Positions 56,754 to 64,000 of a stretch of DNA of 64,000 bases are shown piece by piece. Numbering within the stretch: position 1 is the first letter of the stretch; the number at the start of each line of letters is the position of its first letter. The notes under the pieces are model-generated. The model saw nothing but the letters and a program-made list of their open reading frames with translations. It was not told the origin of the DNA and searched no databases. Location: contig CBDFMQ010000002.1 of the NCBI GenBank assembly GCA_965249725.1, forward strand, positions 384,001 to 448,000. Reading direction: 5' to 3'. The position numbers and the translations under genes were made by a program. Source of the DNA: Longimicrobiales bacterium (GTDB lineage: Bacteria; Gemmatimonadota; Gemmatimonadetes; Longimicrobiales; Gaopeijiaceae).

Positions 56754-57338
56754 ATGCGCGTTGCGATCCTGACCGTGAGTGACGGGTGTTCCCGTGGCGA
56801 GCGGGAAGACAGGAGCGGCGACCTCATTGCCGAGTGGTGTGCCCGCCTCGGATACGAACTGGCGGATCGTACCGTCGTCCCCGACGAGAGCCAGGAGATC
56901 GTGCCTCATCTGGTGACGTGGGCGGATTCGGGCCAGGTAGACGCCGTGCTGACCACTGGCGGTACCGGATTGTCTCCACGAGACGTCACTCCCGAGGCGA
57001 CCGCGAGCGTGCTCGACAAGGAAGCGCCGGGCATCGCCGATGCCATGAGACGCCAGGGCCTCCCGGGCACACCTACGGCCGTATTGTCGCGGGGGTTGGC
57101 GGGATCGAGGGGCACGACCTTCGTGGCCAACCTCCCGGGGAGTCCGGGTGGGGTTCGTGACGGACTCGAAGTGCTGGAGGGTCTCCTTCCACACGTCGTC
57201 GATCTTCTGCACGGCAAGACGGCTCACGAGCCCCCGGCTGGGGACACAGCGGTCGACCCGGCGGGCGACCCGACGACGGGCCCGGTGGGGGGCCCAGTGG
57301 GGGGCCCAGTGGGGGGCCCGGTGGGGGAGACGCCATGA
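56754..57338 (+). CDS. MogA/MoaB family molybdenum cofactor biosynthesis protein
   Basis: [40 protein letters not shown]; low-complexity C-terminal tail. Confidence 0.92.
   Translation: MRVAILTVSDGCSRGEREDRSGDLIAEWCARLGYELADRTVVPDESQEIVPHLVTWADSGQVDAVLTTGGTGLSPRDVTPEATASVLDKEAPGIADAMRRQGLPGTPTAVLSRGLAGSRGTTFVANLPGSPGGVRDGLEVLEGLLPHVVDLLHGKTAHEPPAGDTAVDPAGDPTTGPVGGPVGGPVGGPVGETP
57278..57327 (+). repeat. 12-bp G-rich tandem repeat (four units)
   Basis: GGGCCC(G/A)GTGGG four times, encoding [16 protein letters not shown]. Confidence 0.9.
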
Positions 57339-58996
57339 GCAGTGTCGACACGCAGGGCAGGGTGCTCGTGTCCACGCACGATCTGGAACGGGCCGGAGCG
57401 TTGCGGACCGCCCTGAAGGGGGTGGGATACTCCGTCGAGTTGGTCACGCCCGGCGAAGATGTCAGCGGGGATACGCCGATCCAGCTGCTGGTGATCACCT
57501 CCGAGGCTAGTTCCCAGTCGGCTCAGGACCTCCGCGACCAGGCGCGCGCCCTCTACCAGGCACCCGCTTTCGCGATCACGGACGACCGAGAGGCGTTACC
57601 CCGCCTATCGCATGAGTACGCAGAGGTGTTCACAGCGAGCACGCGCCCCGATGACGTGGTGGTCGTAGCGCGTGCGTTGATCGAACGCCGGCACCTACAG
57701 GCCATGGCGGGAATCGTAGGCGAGACCGACGCCATGAAGGAGGCGTTGGAGCGAGTGGTGCAGTTCGCCCCTGTGAACGCCACCGTTCTCGTCACAGGCG
57801 AGTCGGGCACCGGGAAAGAACTCGTCGCCAGAGGCATTCATCACTTGTCTCCCCGTCGACACAAGCCGTTCATCGCCGTCAACGTGGCCGCCCTTTCCGA
57901 GACGCTGTTAGAGAGCGAGCTGTTCGGACACGAAAAGGGGGCGTTCACCGGCGCGATCGACTCCAGACGGGGTCTTTTCGAGCTCGCGGACAAGGGCACG
58001 ATTTTCCTGGACGAGATCGGCGAGATGCCGATGGCCACTCAGACCAAACTCCTTCGCGTGCTCGAGCAGCGAGAGTTCTACCGGGTGGGTGGTGAGGCCC
58101 TGATCCATGTGGACGTCCGGATCGTCACCGCCACGAACCAGGATCTCAAGCAGTTGGTCGCGGTGGGCCAGTTCAGGAAGGACCTCTACTACCGGCTGCA
58201 CGTGCTTCACATCGAGCTTCCCCCGCTTCGCCGCCGTCGCGAGGACGTCCCGCTGCTGGTCGAGGCGTTCATCAAGGATGCCAGCGCTCGTCACGACCGG
58301 CAGTTCGAGGGCATCTCACCCGCGGCGATGCAGATCCTCCAGGAGCACCATTGGCCCGGCAACATCCGGGAGCTTCAAAACCTGGTCGAGAGCATGGTCG
58401 TGCTGGCCCCGGGGCGTGAGGTGCTGCCCGAGGACATTCCGAAGGAAGTGCGCGGCCTGGAAAAGGGCGTGGGCGCGTTGGTTCCGGTCGGGCGCGGAGC
58501 CGAACCGGGCGGTGACGTCGCGGCCGGGCAGGGCCTCCGACCCGAGCTCGAGTTCATCTTCCGGACGCTGGTGGATCTGCGCTTGGACGTGGACGACCTG
58601 AAGCAGGAGTTCGATGTCTATCGGGACCGGGGCCCGGACGCTTCGCAGGCCATCGAACCCTACCGAGTAGGAACCGGAGACCGGCCGGCGGGGACGGACA
58701 AGGTGGAGATCGGGGTGCGGCCCCGGGAGTCGAAAGGCGAGGACGCTTGGGTGGTCGGAGACGGTGAAGCGTCAGGGATTTCGGATGCGTCGTACGGGGT
58801 CGAGCCGGTCGAGGTGGAGCCGCCCGGTACCGTCGTCTACCGCTCGGGGATGACCATGGAGGATCTCGAGCGTGAAGCCATCACCGCCGCGTTGGACGAG
58901 ATGCGTGGGAATCGACGGAAGGCGGCGCAGCTCCTCGCGATCGGTGAGCGGACGCTCTATCGCAAGATCAAGAAGTTCGGGTTGGACGACGAATAG
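57335..58996 (+). CDS. Sigma54-dependent Fis-family transcriptional activator with degenerate receiver-like N-terminus
   Basis: [39 protein letters not shown]-terminal HTH GNRRKAA..RTLYRK. Confidence 0.92.
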   Translation: MSSVDTQGRVLVSTHDLERAGALRTALKGVGYSVELVTPGEDVSGDTPIQLLVITSEASSQSAQDLRDQARALYQAPAFAITDDREALPRLSHEYAEVFTASTRPDDVVVVARALIERRHLQAMAGIVGETDAMKEALERVVQFAPVNATVLVTGESGTGKELVARGIHHLSPRRHKPFIAVNVAALSETLLESELFGHEKGAFTGAIDSRRGLFELADKGTIFLDEIGEMPMATQTKLLRVLEQREFYRVGGEALIHVDVRIVTATNQDLKQLVAVGQFRKDLYYRLHVLHIELPPLRRRREDVPLLVEAFIKDASARHDRQFEGISPAAMQILQEHHWPGNIRELQNLVESMVVLAPGREVLPEDIPKEVRGLEKGVGALVPVGRGAEPGGDVAAGQGLRPELEFIFRTLVDLRLDVDDLKQEFDVYRDRGPDASQAIEPYRVGTGDRPAGTDKVEIGVRPRESKGEDAWVVGDGEASGISDASYGVEPVEVEPPGTVVYRSGMTMEDLEREAITAALDEMRGNRRKAAQLLAIGERTLYRKIKKFGLDDE

Positions 58997-59012
58997 GGCG
59001 CCTGCCGACCGT

Positions 59013-59672
59013 CTAGAAGAGCGGACCCCCGGTTCGGCCCCGGACCCGCACTCGCTCCAGCTCGAGCCGGGTCAAGATCCCCTCCCAGGACGTATCCCGG
59101 GCGCCTTCGTACTCTACGGTCAGCGCGATCTCGAGATCTATCCTCGGATCAAAGGCATAGACGGCGATCTGTGTCTCTTCTTGCCGTAGACGCTGCCCAC
59201 CCCAGCCGGGCGTAATGGCATGGATGGCCTCAGGCCTGTAGCGGAGCCCCCGATTCACGATGTGCAGGCTCTCCGGCTCGTAACGCACTGTCGGATCGCG
59301 GCTGAACAACGACACCAGGAAGAGGGAAGGGGTGGTCCCGGCTTGGGATCGCAGCGCCGCCCGGCTCGACCGGGCGAGCCCGGCCAACCGCTCGTAGGTA
59401 TCTGGAGCGGCCAGGCGGATGACCGATTCGGAGAGCGGCGTCACCTTGAGCTGCAACGCCCCGCTCTCCAGCGTGAGCGTGAACTCGTCCTGGATGAGGG
59501 TGCCGTACCCCGCAGGCACGAGCACCCGTTCCCCGGCGGGGCCCGTCGGTTGCCCGACCGTCGCGGGAGTGCCGACCCCTCCACATCCCGTGAGGACCGT
59601 CAGCATCAGCGGCAGCAGCAGTATGGTCGCTCGCGTGCCGCCCAAGGAACGTCGGGTCATGCGTCGGGTCAT
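59013..59672 (-). CDS. Hypothetical lipoprotein
   Basis: Lipobox VLTG|C after a hydrophobic stretch; ATGA overlap with the engB stop. Confidence 0.65.
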   Translation of the reverse strand: MTRRMTRRSLGGTRATILLLPLMLTVLTGCGGVGTPATVGQPTGPAGERVLVPAGYGTLIQDEFTLTLESGALQLKVTPLSESVIRLAAPDTYERLAGLARSSRAALRSQAGTTPSLFLVSLFSRDPTVRYEPESLHIVNRGLRYRPEAIHAITPGWGGQRLRQEETQIAVYAFDPRIDLEIALTVEYEGARDTSWEGILTRLELERVRVRGRTGGPLF

Positions 59673-60274
59673 GCCCGCGGATCCTCGGGGCCTACCAGGC
59701 CCTCTAGCGCGTCCAGGAGGTCCTCACGCCCTTCCCCCGTCTTCGCGGAGAACGGGAGGAGCTGATCCTCATCGAGGCCCAGTTGCTCCATGGCCGTCGC
59801 GACGGCTCGCTGGCGCTGTGCCTTTTTCAGTTTGTCCATCTTCGTCAGTACCACCAGCGTGGGCAGCTTCCGTTCGGCCAGATACGAGACCATCTGCCGA
59901 TCGGTGGCAGTCGGTTCGTGACGAGCGTCCACTAGGTGTACGACTCCCCGCAGCATCCGTTCCCCTTCGAGGTATTGCTCGATCAGGGTCTTCCACGACG
60001 CTCGAACCTTGGCCGAGACCTTGGCGTATCCGAACCCGGGGAGATCGACGAGGAAGAAATGATCGTTGACCCGGTAGAAGTTCAGCGACTGGGTCTTGCC
60101 GGGTTCCCCCGAAACGCGGGCCAGCTTCTTTCGAGTCCGCTTGAGAAGGACGTTGACCAGCGAGGACTTTCCGACGTTCGATCGTCCGGAGAAGGCGACC
60201 TGAGGAAGCTCCTCCGGAACGGGCTCGCCCGGCACATAAAGGCTCGCGGCGAACTCCACCACCCTGACCTTCAT
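59669..60274 (-). CDS. engB: Ribosome biogenesis GTPase EngB (YihA/YsxC)
   Basis: GRSNVGKSS, PGKTQ, DLPGFGY, TKMDK, FSA. Confidence 0.95.
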   Translation of the reverse strand: MKVRVVEFAASLYVPGEPVPEELPQVAFSGRSNVGKSSLVNVLLKRTRKKLARVSGEPGKTQSLNFYRVNDHFFLVDLPGFGYAKVSAKVRASWKTLIEQYLEGERMLRGVVHLVDARHEPTATDRQMVSYLAERKLPTLVVLTKMDKLKKAQRQRAVATAMEQLGLDEDQLLPFSAKTGEGREDLLDALEGLVGPEDPRA

Positions 60275-60275
60275 G

Positions 60276-62699
60276 CTACTGGGACAGCTGAGTACCCAGG
60301 GCCGCCGCGCCCTCGATGGGCCCCCTGCGCGGCTCGGGCTGTTCGGATAGGGCCTCGGTGAGTACCTCGTCCATCGTTCTCACCGGCACGAACTCGAGTC
60401 CCTTCACCACCTCTTCGGGCAGCAGTTCGATCTCCGGAGCATTGGCCACCGGCAGCAGCACCTTCTGTAGTCCGTCGCGCAGGGCCGCCACCATCTTCTC
60501 CTTGATGCCCCCCACGGCGAGGATGCGGCCGCGAAGGGTAATCTCACCCGTCATGGCCACGTCGGAGCGCGAGGGAATGCCCGTGAGCGCCGAAATGAGC
60601 GCGGTCGCAATGGTGATCCCGGCCGACGGCCCGTCCTTGGGCGTCGCGCCCTCCGGGATGTGGATGTGGATGTCCACGTCCTTGTGGAACTGTGGGTCCA
60701 GCCCCAGCCGACTCGCCCGGGAGCGGGCGTAGGTGACCGCGGCGAAGGCCGATTCCCTCATGACGTCGCCCAGGGTTCCCGTGAGCTGCACCTGGCCGCT
60801 CCCGGGAATGACGGCGACCTCGACATCGAGCACCTCGCCGCCCGCTTCGGTCCAGGCCAGCCCGTTGGCCATTCCCGACCGCTCGCCCTCGTCCTCCGTG
60901 CTGCGGCCCAGATAGCGCGGTGGCCCCAGGAGCGCCTTGAGATCGTCGGCGCCGACGGCCAGCGGACCCTCTGAAGCGGCGTCGGGCCGATCGACCTGCT
61001 TGCGGGCGATCTTCCGGGCGACCCGAGAGATGCGACGATCCAGCTCCCGTACTCCGGCCTCGCGCGTGTATTGCCGGATGATCCCCTTGGTGGCGCCTTC
61101 GGTGAGCGCCACCTCTCCCGGATCCAGACCGTGGCGTTCGGCCTGTTGAGGCCACAGGAAGCGGAGACCGATCGCCAATTTTTCCGTGTCCAGATAGCCC
61201 GGCAGACGGATGATCTCCATGCGATCACGGAGCGGATCGGGGATGCCGGCAAGCGTATTGGCCGTCGCCACGAAGAACACATCCGAGAGGTCGTACTCCA
61301 ACTCGAGGTAGTGGTCCGTGAAGCTCTTGTTCTGCTCGGGATCCAGGACCTCCAGTAGGGCCGCACCCGGATCCCCATGGAAATCACGCGCCAGCTTGTC
61401 GACCTCGTCGAGCAGGAACACCGGATTGACCGTGCCGCTGCGCCGCATCCCCTGGAGGACCCGGCCGGGGAGCGCGCCGACGTAGGTGCGCCGGTGACCC
61501 CGGATCTCCGCCTCGTCCCGGACGCCGCCGAGGCTCACCCGCACGAACTCCCGCCCCAGGGCATCGGCGAGGCTACGGCCCAGGGAGGTCTTTCCCACCC
61601 CCGGAGGACCGACCAGGCACAGGATCGGCCCCTTCAGCTGGCCCACCAGAGAAAGCACGGCGACGTGGTCGAGAATCCGTTCCTTGACCTCATCGAGGCC
61701 GTAGTGGGCCTCGTCCAGAACCGCGGTCGCATGCGCGACGTCGAGATTGTCGTCCCGCCGCTGGGTCCAGGGAAGGCCCACGATCCAGTCAAGATAGGTA
61801 CGAATCACGGCGGCTTCCGGGGCCACGGGATTCAACTTCTCCAATCGCCCCAACTCCCGCTCGGCGCGCTCCAGGGCATGCTGGGGGAGGTTCGTCGAAA
61901 CCACCTTGGCGGCCAGGTCGGCCCAGTCGTCGCTCGAGTCGGATCCCAACTCGGAGTGGATGGCCTTCAACTGCTCCTGCAGGTAGAGTTGGCGCCGATC
62001 CGAGTCCATCTGCATGCGAATCTGTGCGTCGAGTTTCTCTTCGATACGGAGAATCTCGAGCTCGCGGACCAGGATCTCCTTGAGCAGCCCGAAGTAGGCC
62101 GGCACGGCGGGCGCCTCCAGGAGTTCCTGCTTCTCCTTCGGGAGCACGAGAAGATGGCCGGAGATCAGGTGCGCCATGCGTAGGCGATCGCCCTCGAGCG
62201 AAACCGACCCCAGGAGTTCGTCGGGCACCCGGTCACTGAGGCGGACGTACTCGCTGAAGAGGCGTACGACGCCCCGCGAGAGTGCTTCGTCTTCGGTGGA
62301 GTCCTGCGAGCTGGCCTGCTCCTCGACCACGAAGGGCTCGATGGAGGCTCTCAGGCCCGCGTCGGAGGGCAAGAAGCGGCGAACCCGGACTCTGCCCAGG
62401 CCCTCGAGCACCACCCGTGCGTTGCCGTCCGGAATCCTCGAGACCTGGAGGATCCGCGCGACCGTACCCACGCGATGGATGTCGTTCCGCTCGGGATCCT
62501 CCACCCCGACGTCTTTCTGGGACAGAAGCAGGATGTATCCGTCGCCCTCCTCCGCCGCTTCGAGGGCGGCCACCGACGGCGGGCGGCCGATGAGCAGGGG
62601 CAGGACCATGTAGGGAAAGAAGACCAGATCCCGGAGGGCCACCACGGGGAGTTGGTCTGGGATCTCGTTGGTCTGATCGACCCGGATCAGCGTGGCCAT
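60276..62699 (-). CDS. lon: Lon protease
   Basis: LPVVALRD, GPPGVGKTS, GHRRTYVGA, PKDGPSAG, GGIKEK. Confidence 0.97.
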   Translation of the reverse strand: MATLIRVDQTNEIPDQLPVVALRDLVFFPYMVLPLLIGRPPSVAALEAAEEGDGYILLLSQKDVGVEDPERNDIHRVGTVARILQVSRIPDGNARVVLEGLGRVRVRRFLPSDAGLRASIEPFVVEEQASSQDSTEDEALSRGVVRLFSEYVRLSDRVPDELLGSVSLEGDRLRMAHLISGHLLVLPKEKQELLEAPAVPAYFGLLKEILVRELEILRIEEKLDAQIRMQMDSDRRQLYLQEQLKAIHSELGSDSSDDWADLAAKVVSTNLPQHALERAERELGRLEKLNPVAPEAAVIRTYLDWIVGLPWTQRRDDNLDVAHATAVLDEAHYGLDEVKERILDHVAVLSLVGQLKGPILCLVGPPGVGKTSLGRSLADALGREFVRVSLGGVRDEAEIRGHRRTYVGALPGRVLQGMRRSGTVNPVFLLDEVDKLARDFHGDPGAALLEVLDPEQNKSFTDHYLELEYDLSDVFFVATANTLAGIPDPLRDRMEIIRLPGYLDTEKLAIGLRFLWPQQAERHGLDPGEVALTEGATKGIIRQYTREAGVRELDRRISRVARKIARKQVDRPDAASEGPLAVGADDLKALLGPPRYLGRSTEDEGERSGMANGLAWTEAGGEVLDVEVAVIPGSGQVQLTGTLGDVMRESAFAAVTYARSRASRLGLDPQFHKDVDIHIHIPEGATPKDGPSAGITIATALISALTGIPSRSDVAMTGEITLRGRILAVGGIKEKMVAALRDGLQKVLLPVANAPEIELLPEEVVKGLEFVPVRTMDEVLTEALSEQPEPRRGPIEGAAALGTQLSQ

Positions 62700-62841
62700 T
62701 CGGCTCCTGGGAGCTGCGTCGGTTCGGGCGGACGGATCGCCGCGTCGGCGTCGTCCCGGACGCGCGCTATCGTACTCCGGGAAACAGATGTGGGGAAGGG
62801 GCCTAGCGTGGTGTCCGACACACTCGTGGGATCACATCAGA

Positions 62842-63999
62842 TCAGGCTTCCTTCTTCTGCTCCTCTGGATGGAGCACGAGAAGCGGCGGGACATCCTTGT
62901 CCACGCAATCCGACGTGACGACTACCTCGCGCACATCGGTCCGTGAGGGGACCTCGAACATGACGTCGCGCATGAAGTCCTCGATGACCGAACGCAGACC
63001 GCGCGCGCCCGTACCCCTGTCGAGGGTCTTCTGCGCGATTCTGCGCAGAGCTTCCTTGTCGAACGTCAGACCGATGCCTTCGAGCTCGAACATCTTGGTG
63101 TACTGCTTGACCAAGGCGTTCTTGGGCTCCGACAGGATCTCCACAAGCGAATCCTCGTCGAGGTCGCTGAGGTTCACCGTTACCGGCAGGCGCCCCACCA
63201 ACTCCGGAATCAGTCCGAACCGCTGAAGGTCCTCGGGCTCGACGTAGAGGAGCAGCTCGTCGCGCTTCTCGTCGGAGGCCTTCTCTCCGAATCCGATGCG
63301 CCGCTGGCCCAGCCGGCCCTCCACGATCTGCTCCAGGCCGTCGAAGGCCCCGCCGCAGATAAAGAGGATGTTCTTGGTGTCGAGCTGGATGTACTCCTGC
63401 TGAGGGTGCTTCCGTCCGCCCTGCGGTGGTACCGAGGCGACCGTTCCCTCCAGGATCTTGAGCAGCGCCTGTTGCACACCCTCACCCGAGACGTCCCTCG
63501 TAATGGACGGGTTCTCGGACTTGCGGGCGATCTTGTCCATTTCGTCGATGTAGACGATGCCCCGTTCGCACTCGGCCACGTTGAAGTCTGCCGCCTGCAG
63601 CAGCCGAACCAGAATGTTCTCCACGTCTTCGCCCACGTACCCCGCTTCGGTGAGCGTCGTGGCGTCGGCGATGGTGAAGGGGACGTGCAGGATCCGGGCG
63701 AGGGTCTGCGCGAGCAGCGTCTTGCCCACTCCGGTCGGCCCCATGAGCAGGATGTTCGCCTTGTCGATCTCGACCTCGTCGAGAACGCCCCCGTGGTTGA
63801 CCCGTTTGTAGTGGTTGTAGACCGCGACGGAGAGGGCACGCTTTGCCAGTTCCTGACCGATCACGTACTGGTCGAGAACGTCTTTGATCTCCTGCGGAGT
63901 CGGATTGGGAACTACGGATTCCGCAGCCTCTCGCTCTTCTTCCTCAGCGAGGATTTCGTTGCAGAGCGAGATGCACTCGTTGCAGATGTATACGGACGG
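62842..63999 (-). CDS. clpX: ATP-dependent Clp protease ATPase ClpX (5' truncated by window edge)
   Basis: The frame is open from the window end ([11 protein letters not shown] zinc domain); [25 protein letters not shown] loop, TGARGLR. Confidence 0.97.
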   Translation of the reverse strand, partial: PSVYICNECISLCNEILAEEEEREAAESVVPNPTPQEIKDVLDQYVIGQELAKRALSVAVYNHYKRVNHGGVLDEVEIDKANILLMGPTGVGKTLLAQTLARILHVPFTIADATTLTEAGYVGEDVENILVRLLQAADFNVAECERGIVYIDEMDKIARKSENPSITRDVSGEGVQQALLKILEGTVASVPPQGGRKHPQQEYIQLDTKNILFICGGAFDGLEQIVEGRLGQRRIGFGEKASDEKRDELLLYVEPEDLQRFGLIPELVGRLPVTVNLSDLDEDSLVEILSEPKNALVKQYTKMFELEGIGLTFDKEALRRIAQKTLDRGTGARGLRSVIEDFMRDVMFEVPSRTDVREVVVTSDCVDKDVPPLLVLHPEEQKKEA

Positions 64000-64000
64000 T

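Overview
GC-rich bacterial chromosome segment, most likely Gemmatimonadota (inferred from the MSDPVxRLNAALEGRY-type Ser/Thr kinases and gene order; not verified). It has four parts. (1) About 1-31.9 kb: a type IVa pilus locus ordered like the Myxococcus/Geobacter clusters (pilT, pilC, pilS, pilR, two pilins, a second sigma54 two-component pair, four minor pilins, pilMNOPQ). Seven unrelated genes interrupt it after pilC. Between pilR and the pilins sit a polyprenol-P-sugar synthase-like GT2 and two TMTC-like GT-C/TPR glycosyltransferases. A large Ig-like/beta-propeller lipoprotein follows pilQ. (2) 32-40.8 kb: housekeeping genes aroC, aroK, topA, trmFO, xerC, hslV, hslU. (3) 40.9-55.5 kb: an accessory block with a MazF-type toxin-antitoxin pair, a lipoprotein, an ECF sigma factor, four Hanks-type kinases (two are near-identical receptors that differ mainly in beta-propeller loops), a frameshifted TonB-dependent receptor and a GNAT. 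A shared 45-bp promoter-like motif precedes both exported-protein genes. (4) 55.6-64 kb: gcvT, mogA/moaB, a sigma54 activator, then clpX-lon-engB and a lipoprotein on the minus strand. The best candidates for undescribed systems are a TMTC-based pilin O-glycosylation module and a diversifying receptor-kinase/ECF signalling island. No rRNA, tRNA, CRISPR array or transposase was recognised. All functional calls come from motif recognition by eye, not from database searches.
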